Below, in pieces: positions 13,626-27,034 of a stretch of DNA of 64,000 nt. Both the position numbers and the translations under genes were made by a program. The DNA comes from Raja brachyura (Eukaryota), in contig OY740797.1 in assembly GCA_963514005.1 (NCBI GenBank), forward strand, positions 14,074,001-14,138,000, in the 5' to 3' direction. The stretch's first letter is position 1. Each line of letters opens with the position of its first letter. The notes below the pieces were generated by a model. That model did not search any database. It saw nothing but the letters and a program-made list of their open reading frames with translations, and was not told the DNA's origin.

Positions 13626-14125
13626 ATTATTCTGGTACAAAGTTGCAGTCTTTAATGGCAAGCTCATTTTAGACCGCATGCGAGGTGGAAAAACATAATC
13701 ATTTTATTTTCCCTCTTAGCGCTGTTGTGTGGTAAAGTCGAGCCCCTCTTTACAACTGTGAGAAAATATAAATACCTCCTAAACAGATTAAATTTTGCTT
13801 CAGTTGGCCAAGCTGGTCATGAGGCAGAGCTCCAAAAAAGGTTCTACTAGGATGCTCCTTTGGAGGACAAATCTGTCAAAGAATTAAACGACCCTTTGCC
13901 TCATTTTGCCACCCATGGAATCTTGGTTTATTAACACTTTTTTTCCTTACAGTACTGTTCCCTCAAACAATGGTTAAGACTTATGAACATCATATTTATA
14001 AGTTGATTAGGGTTACCTCAGAGGGTTGTAACTTTCCACTCTCTGTTAAGTGTGGATTCCTTTCTTTTCACATGTTATGACGAGAATTTTTCTGAAGTAG
14101 TCTCTGGCCTTTGTCCACCATTCTG

Positions 14126-14403
14126 TGGCATGGTGGCGCAGCGGTAGTTGCTGCCTTACAGCGCCAGAATCGTGGGTTCAATCCTGACTACGGGTTTTGT
14201 CTGCATGGAGTTTGTACATTCTCCGGTTGTGTCCTGCGTGAGTTTCTCCAGGTGCTCCAGTATCCTCCCACAAAGGTTTGTAGGTTAATTGGCTTGGTAA
14301 AAATTGTAAATTGTCCCTACTGCTAGTGTCTGGGGATCGCTGGTCAGCATGGACTCAGTGGGCTGAAGGGCCTGTTCCAGCACTGTATCTCTAAACAAAA
14401 CTA
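14126..14403 (+). mobile_element. tRNA-derived SINE (HE1-like)
   Basis: Same consensus. Confidence 0.75.
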
Positions 14404-16284
14404 ATTTGCTTCATCAAAACTCTCCATCGCCTATGTTCACCTATTACCCGCCATGTTTTATCCTGCCCTCCTCCCCTCCTACAATCAGTAAGATAGATTA
14501 TATTCCACTCCACCTCAGAGCATACAGGCGAGCCTACAACAGTGGGCACTGCTGATGCAAAAACAAACTGTTGGATCAACAGCAGATCTGGCAGCATATG
14601 TGGAGGGAAATGGACAAACAATAACAACTGCTTACAATTCTGCAGCCAATGCAATATTGTACATTAAGCATAATCTATAGTATTGTTAGTACTGCTGAAA
14701 ATAAACTTGAGCTGTTTTCCAGTCCTTGATATCGGACGCTGTGACAATGTGGTTTGGAAAGCAAAGAGAAATTTCATTGAACAATTGTTAACTGAAGCAG
14801 ATATTACAAGTAAATATGATAAATAACATTTTGCACACCCTCTATTTTATTTTATTTAGATGGCCTTACAGATACCCTCCATGCATTCAACAAGGATGTA
14901 ATAGCAATGTAATTTAATTACTTCCTTATCCTTAGTTTACATTTGAAAATTAGTTTTAATTTCTGCAGAAGAATTGGCACTAAGTATACACCCTTATCTG
15001 AAATAAATATACTCTGATCTCCTGTTTTTATTTTACAGATTAATGGGTAATATCGCAAATATAGTCTTTTTTGATTGTTCTCATTACTTTTGCACAGTAC
15101 TCCACACAGCAAAGATGCTGATCATTTAGCAAAATCTACCCTTTTGGAGTCAAGTTTCGATTTTCATGGTGCATCTTTGCAAGGGAATGGGAAGTACGTG
15201 CTTGGCTGGGGAGGGGGGTGGGGAGGAGGAAAGCTTGAAATCCTAAACACAATTGCAGGCCCTGCTCTAATCAGATAAATTGTTACCATTGCAAGTTCTT
15301 ATGGCATGAACAAGTCTTTTACTTAATTTTCAGTTACCAAAGCATCACCATCTGATAAGGTAGCTCTGGCCACTAGATATATATTCCTCTAGAGAGGAAA
15401 TGCAAGCCCATAATTCACCACTTAGAAGTTCACTTTGATCTACATGCCAGACTACTATGCAGACCTCCCCAGTGCCCGTCCAGAATGGGGACTTGGGGAC
15501 GTTAAAAGATTACCTCAAGCAGACTAGGAGGCCAACGTCTTTGGAATCAGAACACCTATTACCTATTATCTGTGCAGGTCGACCTCCCACATTGCACATT
15601 CACTCCTTTCAATTGGTATTAGGTTATGAAACATCAATAGAACTTGCTGGCATTTCCACTACAATAGTACTTTACAATAATTCAAGTCACTGGCAACTAA
15701 ATTAGCTTCTGCAAGGTATAAACGACTCCTTACATTGTACATTCAATGCTAAACCTGCTAACATGAAGTGCAATCGAATGGGCATCTACTCTTGGATGGT
15801 GTTATTCTGAATTTAACTGGGCTGAAAGTAAATCAAATTCAAGCTAAATAAAGGTACTCGTATTTCAACGTTGCGCACCTTGTTACAGAATGGTTTGTAT
15901 CAGTTTTACATTCAAAATCCAAGTTCTACCTATCTGTATTTATAAATCCAAACTTAACTCGGGGCACAATTTTAGATAAAAACCTTTATCTTGGACATCT
16001 TTTTATTGGGCAGGGTGAAATACACAGTTGGCAGATTGGAAATGTGAGCATAAAGACTGTTAAACTTCCCCCTGGGCCTGCGGCAATCTATGCATAATCT
16101 CAAATTCCTCTCTGCACATCTCATTATATTATCAGACTTCAGCCACGTAGCTACTATTATCAACACGACTCCAACCTTACAATCTAAGATCTAGACTCAA
16201 AACTACACAGCACAGAAACTGTCCCTTCAGACAACAAATCTAACTGACCATCAAACCCCTGTTTACTCATATCCCATTTTATTT

Positions 16285-16466
16285 TGTGTGAGAAAGAACT
16301 GCAGATGCTGGTTTAAATCGAAGGTAAACACAAAATGCTGGAGTAACTCAGCAGGTGAGGCAGCATCTCAGGAGAGAAGGAATGGGTGACGTTACCTGAA
16401 ACGTCATTCATTCCTTCTCTCCTGAGATGCTGTCTCACCCACTGAGTTACTCCAGCATTTTGTGTC
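16285..16466. mobile_element. Penelope-like unit, inverted dimer nested in a SINE
   Basis: 16328-16392 pairs with 16400-16465; flanked by tcccatttt direct repeats. Confidence 0.7.
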
Positions 16467-18016
16467 TCCCATTTTCTTCTCTTCTCATTACCCATCGATT
16501 CGCCGAGATTCGACTAATCAACTGCATAATAGGAGCAATGTACAAAGGCCAATTAACCTCCCAAACTGCACACTTTGGTAGGGATGAAAATGAAGCAAAC
16601 TGGAGCACACCGAGTAAATGCATATGTTCACAGGGAAAACGTGCAAACTCCACCCAGACAGCACCAAAGGCTGGGATTGGAAACGAGTTATGAAACTGTG
16701 AGTTGTGTATTGTATACAGTAACACCCTCTCCAGTTCATTCCTTTTTCTTTAAGGCTTAATTTTAAACCAGCCCTTTCATCATATTTTTAGTCACCTGGA
16801 TTAATATCTTGCATAGTTTGGTGGCAGTTTTGTTCACATTTTTTTTTCCATGGAGCATGTAGGATGTGACAAGTCACAGTGAAATTCTTTGCTTGCATAC
16901 CGTGCCATGGTATGGAAATAGTCGCCTATAAAGGGCGCTTACAATGTTAGAGTTGGGGCTTTAGGCTCCCCTCAATTTTCTGCCTTCCTTTATTTAGACA
17001 AGATGAAGGGCAGCAAGTTGCTAAGACGGTTTACTTTAAAGTAAGAATATGATGCACACTGTACGTCAGTACATGTGACAATAAACTAAACAACCTCATG
17101 TTGATGGGAGGGTAGATGTTTAAGCAGCAGAATGCAGTGTGAATCATGTAGATTGCTACATTGAGCTCCTCAAAAATTCTTCCAGCTGCATTCATGCAGG
17201 CAAACCCCATATATCCCATGACTTTGATGAATTGTGTCTTAGAGAGAATGATAAGTCTTGTATTAGATTAATACATTGCTGTTACATTCCCGTGCCAATA
17301 ATCTGCACGTCCGTGTCAATAATAGCATGTCCTGTGAGCTTCTCATGAATAAATAGTTGCCTCCAGTCATCTCCTTGAGGGAGTGGTGAATACACTGGAT
17401 TAAATCAAATAAGATTAGAAGCCCAACAACAGAAGGACATTGAGGTTAACCACTCCAGTGTAAAACTGCCTGCTTTAAGATTGAATGCATTTAAATTCTA
17501 AGTCATTTTTCCAGCATTTACACCAATCAACTCATAACCAAGAAATTGAAGATACTGGAAAACTGAAATAAAAACAGAATATGCTAGAATTACTCAGCAT
17601 GTCAGAGCGCATCTGTGAAAAGGAAACCTGAGTTACCATTTCAGGTCCCTGACTTTCCTTCAGTGATGCAGCTTGACGTTAAGAATTTCCAGTATTTTCC
17701 GTTTTAATTCTACTCTGTTCCCTAATCATATTTGCAAACAGGCTAAATACATGACCTATACGAGAATGTTTGTTCCATGGATGAAAGTTCTAGCATTATC
17801 AAATTAAATATTGCATGGCCGAGTGATAAACACAAAACACTGGAATAATTGAGCGGGTCAGGCAGCACCTCTGCAGAAAAGGAATAGGTATCGTTTCTCC
17901 AGCATTGGTCACTGCAGCATTTTGTGTCTATCTTCAGTGTAAACCAGCACCCGCAGTTCTTTCCTATACGTTTAGAATACAGAACATAGAAAGCTGGTTC
18001 TTCTAAGCAGACAAAC

Positions 18017-18209
18017 CTCTGTGATCATTTTGCCCCGCGTCTTGTTCCTCTCCCGGTAAGCTGCTCGTTTCTGCTTCTGCTGCAGCACCCGCTCTCGTGT
18101 AGTCCGATACTCCAGTGCAAATTCGCTAATTATTTTACAGAACCTGGTAATCTTTATCTGCCGGGCCGTGGATGAAGGGTGACCAAGGTACAAAAGAAAA
18201 GTGTGGAAC
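18017..18209 (-). CDS. FHOD1: FHOD1 exon, FH2 C-terminus ([10 protein letters not shown]...[37 protein letters not shown])
   Basis: Acceptor ttcttgcag|G, donor GAG|gtttgt, 193 nt, phase 2->0. Highly conserved FHOD sequence. Confidence 0.95.
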
Positions 18210-18944
18210 CTGCAAGAAAAAGATAACAATAATTGAGAACTCTTGTCCACGGGTGAATAAATAAAAACCTGATCATTTAATTCAACCTAGTTTTACAGCA
18301 AAGGCACGTACTGGGAATTTACTTTCAATAGGCGGGAATAACAGTAACAACTCTTAGGTATATCAGATTCCTCCACAAGAGAGCACCAAAAGGCAACAAT
18401 TATATGCCAGTGATGCTCCAGACAAGTGTGAAAGTACTGCTAACCAACTACAGGAAGTATGCATGGACTCAAGCAACTTTATATAATAAATTGCTGACAA
18501 ATGCTGGCTCCATGATATGAAGTGGCCTGAGAGAGTTATATGTCCCTCACAACAAACTTTTTGTATGGTTTAATAAATAACATATATGACAGTTCTAAAT
18601 TTGTCATCCCTGGGCTGTACATTCCTTTTGATTATTTTATACTTGTTATTTTATTGATTACATTAAAAAAAAAAAATCATTTGGTGCAAAAGGTTTAGAT
18701 ATACTGTGTGGAAACAGGTCCTTTGACCCAGCCAGTCGGTGTGACCAATGAGTATTCCTACATTGGTTCTATCCTGCATACGAGGGACAATTCATAAAAG
18801 CCTATTAAGCTACAAACAGCACGTCGTTGTCATGCGAGAGGAAACCGGAGCACCGGGAGGAAACCTAAGTGGTCACAGGGAGAATGAACAAACTCCATGC
18901 AGGCATCACTCGTAGTCAGGTTTGTACCCGGCTCTCTGGCGCTA

Positions 18945-19112
18945 TAAAGGGCCTGTCCCACTTACGCGATTTTTTTGGCGACTTGCCGGCAACCGTCATA
19001 GTCACAGCAGGTTGCCGAAGATTTTCAACATGTTGAAAATCCAGCGGCGACCTGAAAAAGGTACTACTCTTTGGGCGACTATTCACGACCATACAGGCGT
19101 CAGTCCGCGACA
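18945..19112. mobile_element. Truncated MITE of a related family
   Basis: Starts taaagggcctgtcccactt and contains the same attttcaacatgttgaaaat palindrome (19021-19040). No right TIR seen. Confidence 0.65.
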
Positions 19113-19439
19113 TGTCTGCATTTCAAGCCCTCTTCTCTGGGTGCAGACTAGATCCTGGTAAACTGGCACAAATTCAAGCAAGCAAGATGCTTCCCATTAC
19201 CCATCAGGCATGTATAGTGACTTTGGGCAGAATAGAGAATTTACTGCCAATCATTCCTAACATTATAAAACTTAGGGTTGCAGTCTGACGTGAGATTGGA
19301 AACTGGTTAGAAGTAGAAATAACTAAACATGAAAACTTTGGTGTTCAATGTCTTTCTAAATCTTAGAGCAGAAAGCCGTACTGCGCAAGGGAAATAGACA
19401 AGTCATCACGTGATGTGCTACTAGTTTTGTACTCGACAG

Positions 19440-19905
19440 AGCACAGGGTGGCTGGAAGAGACACAGGGAGAGGGAGCTGTGGGTGGGGAAGAAGGAGCTA
19501 CAGGGAGAGGTAAGGAGGGAGAGGAGGTGGTGGGTAGGGGAAGGAGGGAGACGGAGGGAAGAGGGAGATGGAGCCATGGAGGAAGGGAAAGGGAGCCCCG
19601 GTAATCAGAGAGAGCAAACCATGGGGTGAGGGGAGAGGAAACCGGGGCGGGGTTAAGAGGGGATCAGGGGGGAAGGGGGTTGAGAGAACCGGGGGAGGAG
19701 GCAGGGAGCCAAAGGGAGGGAGTCAGATGGAGAGGGGGGGGAAGAGGGAACCAGGGGGCAGAGGGAGAGTGAATGATGGGGAAAGGGGGGGGGGGGAGGA
19801 AACTGTGGGGAGGGGAGAATTGAGCTTTGGAGGGAGATGAAAAGAGAAAGAGAAATGGAAGCTGAGTGTAGGAGCCAAAGACTGGCGAGAGACACACACA
19901 CACAC
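19440..19905 (+). repeat. Purine/G-rich low-complexity tract ending in (CA)n
   Basis: Numerous GGG runs; explains the spurious overlapping ORFs here. Confidence 0.75.
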
Positions 19906-20194
19906 GTAAACCAATGCAAACTGAAATCAGGGTGGATCGTTTGCGCAAAGAAGAGTTGTGGAAGCATGTTTTTTTATTCCAGGATGCATGGCATTAGAGC
20001 AGATCATGTTTTTAGGATTGAATTGAATATGTTTGCAAAAAGTGAATTGTTTCAATGGGGATGGATCAAAGTTGGGAATATTAAGTTGGAGTGCACCAGG
20101 GGAAAATTAAGTTGAATGGCCTACTTCAGAACCAGGCTACACATGTTGCAACAGAAGATAAGAATAAGGGAATGAAGGGAAACAGATTATGTTA

Positions 20195-20637
20195 CAGCGA
20201 AAGGTTGAACAAGTTAGGTCTTTATTCTTTGGAACACAGAAGGGAGGACTTGATTGAGGTCTTTAAAATGATGAGAGGGATAGACAGAGTTGACGTGGAT
20301 AAGCTTTTTCCATTGAGAGTAGGGAAGATTCAAACAAGAGGACATGATTTGAGAATTAAGGGACAGAAGTTTAGGGGCAACATGAGGGGGAACTTATTTA
20401 CTCAGAGAGAGGTAGCTGTGTGGAATGAGCTTCCAGTGGAAGTGGTGAAGGCAGGTTCGATTTTATCATTTAAAAATAAATTGAATATGTATATGGATGG
20501 GAAAGGAATGGAGGGGTATTGTCTGAGTGCAGGTAGATGGGACTAGTGGAGAATAAGTGTTCAGCACGGACTAGAAGGGCCGAGATGGCCTGTTTCCGTG
20601 CTGTAATTGTTATATGGTTATATGGTTATGGTTATTA
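20195..20637 (+). mobile_element. CR1-clade LINE 3' fragment
   Basis: ERLNKLGLYSLE..RxDLIEVFKMMRGIDRVD...TRGHDLR...WNELP; (TATGGT)n tail. Confidence 0.88.
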
Positions 20638-20743
20638 TGGAAAATGTCCTCAATTGTTAATCCACTGATGGTTTACATAAATCTTCATTCACCAAAACAC
20701 CAAGGCTCGCAGGCATAAAGAACATTGAAAATGAAGTTCTGAC

Positions 20744-20934
20744 CTGTTTATTATTCTACGATGTACCACCTTGAGGATTATTATCCTTTCTGTGCTGTCC
20801 TTTAGAAATTCTGTCATCTTATTTTTTAAAACAGGTTTTGTTTCGTGTTTAGCTATCGCTTTCAAGTGATCCCACGAAGCTTTGCATTTCTTTTCCAGCT
20901 GAACAAGACTTTCTGCCAGTTGGTCAAATTCAAC
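20744..20934 (-). CDS. FHOD1: FHOD1 FH2 exon (VEFDQLAESLVQLEKKCKASWDHLKAIAKHE...VHRRIIN)
   Basis: Acceptor ttcacag|GTT, donor AAC AG|gtcaga, 191 nt, phase 0->2. Confidence 0.95.
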
Positions 20935-22456
20935 CTGTGAACACAGACCGCAGGCCATGTTATGAGAACAGCCCAGGAACAGCATGGCATCGCATATAAC
21001 ACTTGCAGGATAGAGCAGAAATAGAACGTAAATTCACAGTGTAGGAATTACAGCAGCTGGCAAAAAATGTCGCCCGGTAATCAGAAAGATTTGGAATTAT
21101 AGCTATTAAATTAAGTAAATCAGTGAAGTTTTAAATCACATACTTGTGGACTAAAAACATGCAAAATGATTCAATTTGGGGCCAATTTCATTTTCTTATC
21201 TCGGGAATAATAACTTCTATTTTATGATTGCAAGTAAATCCTCTGGCGCTTGTGTTATAGTGATAACTAATCTATTTAAATTAAAATGGTTTGCTCTAAA
21301 ATAAACAACGGTTGATTTTCAGAAAGTTGCACTTCCACCAGAGCTCTTGTGTTTTGGGAGGGCTGAGAATCTACTTCCCTCCTGGTTTGAATATTGGAAT
21401 GGGAAGAGATACTCCATGTGGATGCAAAGCCCCCAGTCCCAACATACGGAGCACAATGATTATGATCTGAACACTACATCACTAGCAACAAATTTCTTCC
21501 CACATATTCCTACTCGTAACTCTTCCTCATTCGATTATTCCATTATTGCACTTTAGCTTTCTCGTGCACTACTTCAGATTGCACCACAATCATTGCATTT
21601 AGTGTTGTTTCTGCCATTACCATGCGTATTGTTTACTCTTTGAGCTTCATGCAAACAGGGAATTTAATTGCACCCCGGTGTATGTGAGAATAAACTAAAC
21701 CAAATCTGAATCTGAATCTGCACGGGTGCAATTGCAACAGCTTGGATTTTTATGGTATTAATAATGTAGCACCTTGGGCGGCACAGTGACGCAGCAGTGG
21801 AGTTCCTGCCTTACATCATCAGAGGCCCAGCTTAGAGCCCGACTACGGGTGCTGTCTGTACAGAGTTTGTATGTTCTCCCTGTGATCGTGCCAACTCTCA
21901 GTGGGATGAAAGGCCTGTTTCTCCGCTGTATCTCTAAAATCTAGCAAGATCATAAGACTTAGGAGCAGGATTAAGTCATTCAGCCCCTCGAAAACATCCC
22001 AAGGCTGTAGAACATTAGCAGAACTGGACAAAAAACTTGGTCCAGAGGTGTATTTTAATTTACATCTTAAAGGAGAGTAAGGTCAATGATAAGGAAGTAT
22101 TGGGGTAGGATTTCCAGACATATTGTAGGGTTTTAGAGCTATAAATAACTATAAGGATGCATGGATAGGACAAGATTAGAGGAATGTGGGCAAAACGCAG
22201 GGAGGTGGGACTAGTGTTGATGGGGCATTTTGGGCGGTGTGGGCAGGTTGGTCCGATGGGCCTGTTTCCACGCTGTATGACTCTAGAACTATGATGCTTT
22301 GAACATTGACCAAACACCACACAGTGGCTATACTTCTGAATTAGACTGAATACCATTGATGATCAAAGTAGTAGATGCATCACACAGCAGTTAACCTGTG
22401 TGGATCATGTTATCCAGCACTGAGCGCAGGAGGCCATCTCCCTTCTTGCTAGTTAC

Positions 22457-22618
22457 CTTGGCAGATCTTGTGATTGCTGCAATTTCTGAATACACATCTG
22501 TTGTGTCTGGGAATTTCTCCACCACCAGGTTACACGTATGATACAGCAAAGATTGTCTTTGGATGGTATCCTTTACTTCAGACACTTTCTCCAAATAGCT
22601 CAGTTCAAATCCTTTGGC
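22457..22618 (-). CDS. FHOD1: FHOD1 FH2 exon ([18 protein letters not shown]...AITRSAK)
   Basis: Acceptor ccccccag|GCC, donor AAG|gtaact, 162 nt, phase 0->0. GFxLxxLxKxxEVKD FH2 motif. Confidence 0.95.
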
Positions 22619-22724
22619 CTGGGGGGAGGGGGGGGGAATAAATGGAACATGTAAACTTAAAGCATGGAATTCTTTGGTTTTCTGATTGCAATCCCTTCAT
22701 TTTGAAAATAGAATGATTTCTTAC

Positions 22725-22844
22725 ACTTGTGTTATTCAGAAAATTTCCAATGGCAAGCAGTGTTGCCAAAACGGATTTGAAAGTTTTATTCTTTGCAAGT
22801 TGCTCCATTCCAAGCTTCAAGTCAAACAATGGTTCGGCTATTTC
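22725..22844 (-). CDS. FHOD1: FHOD1 FH2 exon ([40 protein letters not shown])
   Basis: Acceptor caatag|GAA, donor AGT|gtaaga, 120 nt. GNFLN FH2 signature; [15 protein letters not shown] reads as FHOD1-type rather than FHOD3-type. 106-nt intron to the next exon. Confidence 0.95.
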
Positions 22845-23495
22845 CTATTGATTTAAAAAAAATCAATAGTTATACTAATAAAATGTTATATTCAAACTTT
22901 CTCTTTAGAGGTAATTTTAATCATGCAATTAGTCATTATGGTATTAAATGTGCAGCTGAAACATTTGTAAGTATAAATATTTAGCTAATGAACAGATGTA
23001 CAAACTTATTGAATGATTCCCTTCAACTAAAAGCCTCTCTTTCCAAATTTAACGTTGCATATCCAATGTGCAATGAAAGATCATCATGTTCCACAATGTA
23101 ATTTGCAGACTACTTTAATGTTTGGTAACTAAAATATGTCTGTCAATTCAAATATTTCGATGTAGATGTTGAGATGCAAATAAAGGTAAATGATATACAG
23201 TTAGATATCTAGAATTACACAAATTGTCCATTATCTAAAAAATCATCTAAAGTGCACTTGCATTTGGGCTTCTCTCATGGCTGCTAATTACTTAAAAGGG
23301 AACTTGAATTGCATTTTATCTTGAAAGCTTTAATCTATGAAGCACTGCATGCGTACATACAATCTTCTCAATGCAAATCTTTTTCATTTCGACACAGAAT
23401 TCAGTATACCTGAGAGAAAATCCATTTGTTCAAACTGAGATTCCATTTATTTTAAAAGCTGTAGCATTCATTAACAATGTATCATAAATATTCAC

Positions 23496-23678
23496 CTTTT
23501 CCATGACCTCATAGTCTAGTTTAAAAGCCCAGAGCTGCAACCTGGCCTTGATCCCATTGATGGAGGACAAGGTCAAAAGGAATTGCTCAGCTGTGCCCAG
23601 GGGAACACCAGGGTTTGCCAATTGAGCTTCTTGGATCTTCTGCTTCTCTTCTTCGGTGGGAACCATGCTCAGAATTTT
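23496..23678 (-). CDS. FHOD1: FHOD1 FH2 exon ([23 protein letters not shown]...[16 protein letters not shown])
   Basis: Acceptor tttctgcag|AAA, donor AAG|gtgaat, 183 nt, phase 0->0. Confidence 0.95.
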
Positions 23679-23814
23679 CTGCAGAAAGAATGAGAGGGTT
23701 GGAACAGGGTTAGCAAAGGAAATCACAAAACAGCGTATTATTTTGACAGAAATTCTCAAAGCTAACTATTAAACTCTATGGAGAAGTAAAACCTTCAATG
23801 TATTGCATACGTCA

Positions 23815-24122
23815 AGTTTTAGTTTAGTTTAGTTTAGAGATACAGCATGGAAACTGGCCCTTCGGCCCACACCGACCATCGATCACCCGTTCACACTAGT
23901 TCTATGTTATTCCACTTTCTCATCCGCTCCCGACATACTGGGGGCAATTTACCTACAAACCCGCTGGTCTTTCGGATGTGAGAGGAAACCAGGGCAACCA
24001 GAGGAAACCATCACGGTCACACAGAGAACATGCAAACTCCACACAGACAGAACCAGATGTCAGGGTTGAACTCGGGTCTTTGAAGCTGTTTGGCAACAAC
24101 TCTACCAGCTGTGCCACTGTGC
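23815..24122 (-). mobile_element. tRNA-derived SINE (HE1-like)
   Basis: Reverse complement consensus with (TTTAG)n tail. Confidence 0.75.
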
Positions 24123-25206
24123 ACTGTAGTTATGGAATATATTAATTTCAAATCAGTTTTAAAGGAAACTCAGCCAAATACTTGATGGATTTACAGTGAA
24201 TCATAGAGAGCTTCCTAAAAATACTCACTGCAGTATATGAATTATACATTTACTACAAAACACAGAAATGATAGCAACTCAGTTGAAAAGTTTTTTGCGA
24301 AATATGGAGGTTAAAACAAAGCTAGAATAGAAACTGAAGGTCAGTATGTTGAGGATGAAGAGGCCCAAGTGGACCAATGCTCTACTCTTGGTCCTGGATG
24401 TTTGATGCAATCCTGGGAGGTAAATGGTAAATGATGTCGCTATGATTTCATATTCACGGTAAAGTTTTAGAATAAAATTATGACAGAGGTAGTTGGTAGG
24501 TCCATAGTGTTAGTAACACAGAAATGCAAAATCATTGTCACAGTGAGTTGCTTTATGAGGATGTCAATGATGCAATTGTGTAAGAACACAGCTGATAGCA
24601 AAAGCATTAGAAGTCGTATTGTTAATACCATATTTTGTTGCTGATGACATGATCAACGTAGAGTTAGATATTTGTTGTTAAAGTTGCTACTGCTTCAAAA
24701 CTTAAGTATCAAAAACGCCAGGGGAATCTCAGGCCTCGTGCATTAGAACCAATGCAAACAAGCCTAAGAATATGGCACCTGTGGGTGAGCAATCTTCTTC
24801 TGATATTTCTTGCACAGAAAGGGGTCAAGCAAGACTTTGTCATCACTAATGATCGCACCAACACTCTCCTCAATCTAGATCGCCATGATGCCGCATCTCA
24901 ACCTAACTCCACAAGCTTCCGACTGGAGTGGAATGAATCTACAAGATCAAATGGAAACTGTAGAATCTTCTTCATCTCCATTCCAGAAGCAAGTCAACCT
25001 TCCCTGGGGTATATGAGGGGGATCAACTTTACACTAAACAAGGAGTCACCGCCAATCCACCCTGCCAAATAACACCATCCTAACAATCAGGATCCATATG
25101 AAGAAAGGGAAAATGCTCTGACGACATTCTCCTTGGAAAAATCCCTTGATTTTGATGTTCAAAATAGAAAAGAATCAAGATATTGAGCACCTTTGTCTCA
25201 ACAACA

Positions 25207-25490
25207 AGGCAGCACAGTGGCGTAGCGGTAGAGTTGCTGCCTTACAGCGCCAGAGACCCGGCAATCCTGACTACGGGTGCTGTCGGTACGCAATTTGTAT
25301 GTTCTCCCTGTGACCGCGTGGGTTTTCTCCGGGTACTCCGGTTTCCTCCCACAATCCAAAGAAGCACAGTTTATAGGTTAATTGGTTTAGGTAAAGTTGT
25401 AAATTGTCACTAGTGTGTAGGATAGTGTTAGTGTACGGGATGATCGCTGGTTGGTGCAGACTCGCTGGGCCGAAGGGTCTGTTACCACGC
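25207..25490 (+). mobile_element. tRNA-derived SINE (HE1-like)
   Basis: Same consensus. Confidence 0.78.
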
Positions 25491-26764
25491 GCAAGTCAAA
25501 ACAAGGGCAAATGGTGACCTAGAACAAAAGGCAGAAGTTTGCAGTTTACCAAACAACCAACTCAATCACCCCTCAAACACTGTAACAAGTCAGGAATGGA
25601 GTGGAATTAAGTCACCTTCAATATCAAGGGATTGCCTAAGGAGAAAAAGAGTACCAATGATTATATGCCTGGGTGAAGTGGACTTAGAAATTAACAACAT
25701 TCTGCAGGTGATGGAAAATTATGTACATGATCAGAGTGCCATATTTATTAATGGCTGTTTAGTCACAGCCAGATTTCAGTGATCCCATGCCACAGTCGCT
25801 GTAGGATAATGGAAACTGTCTGAAAATGGGGTCTTTAAATTCTAAGGGAGGAGGCTGAAGAAAGGTTTTGGCCCAAAACCTTGCCTATTTCCTTCGCTCC
25901 ATAGATGCTGCCTTACCCACTGAGTTTCTCCAGCATTTTTGTCTACTTTCTTCAAATTTTAAATGTTTACCACCTTAGATACAGAAAGGAAAATAAATTA
26001 TACACTGGGAAACCAACTTAAACAATCATTCTTTGACCGGAAGGATGGTTTTTGTCCTACAACAAGTGATTGATGATTGCAGATTACATCTGTGAAGCAA
26101 AGTCTAATACAAAATGTTATCCTGAAAATGCTGGCAGATGATTAGTTAGGCTAATATTTGGAACTTGGTTAGAGGCTGCAATGTACACTGGTGTATCTTT
26201 GGGTGCACCAAGCAAGGAAGCCAAATAAACCTCCAAACAGATCTGTACACCTTGGAATGAAGAAGGATAAATAAAAAGCAAAATGGTGGAACATTTTCAA
26301 GGGAAGATTAAAAAAAAAATCAAAGTTCTTGGATTACCCAGAACTTGTCTATTTTCTGCTGCAGAATATTCCTTGTGATGGGAAAATGTTGCCATATTTT
26401 TAGCCTTTAAAAAAAAGTTTTCCACAGAGTGCTGCCAGCTTTGCAATGGCTGAAGTCTATTTGCTGAAATTCTCAGGGCACAGTAGAGATTCGTGAAGGC
26501 TAGGTACAGGTATTTACATTCGACTGCTTTCGGAAAGGTATATTTGTATATCCCTAATGTCCATTGCCACACTCAACCCCACTGCCGATGGGATTAGTTA
26601 TAAACAATTAGTTTAAAAACTATTTAGTTAAAAACTATTGAACATCACATGGTTAAATTAGTCGAAACAGTATTGTTCTAGAGTAGCTATGGACAACACA
26701 ATGTCAACATTGGATTTGAAGGCAGAGAAAGGTGGTACAATTCATATCAAAACAATCCACTCAT

Positions 26765-27034
26765 TTAGAGCAGAGACGAGAAAAAAACGTTTTCACCCAG
26801 AGAGTTGTGAATCTGTGGAATTCTCTGCCTCTGAAGGCAGCGGAGGCCAATTCTCTGGATGCTTTCAAGAGAATATTAGATAGAGCTCTTAAAGATAGCG
26901 GAGTCAAGGGATATGGGGAGAAGGCAGGAACGGTGTACTGATTGTGGATGATCAGCCATGATTACAGTGAATGGCGGTGTTGGCTCGAAGGGCCAAATGG
27001 TCTACTCCTGTACCTCTAGTCTATTGTCTATTGT
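26765..27034 (+). mobile_element. CR1-clade LINE 3' fragment
   Basis: FTQRVVNLWNSLP...FKRILD; (CTATTGT)n tail. Confidence 0.82.

Noticed and set aside
10022-18016. FHOD3-type muscle-specific acidic T(D/E)5XE micro-exon
   Set aside because: No matching 24-nt acidic exon spotted by eye in this intron; consistent with FHOD1 identity, though not exhaustively excluded.
19356-19967. Cluster of overlapping Pro/Gly-rich ORFs
   Set aside because: Produced by a G-rich low-complexity tract; no splice or homology support.
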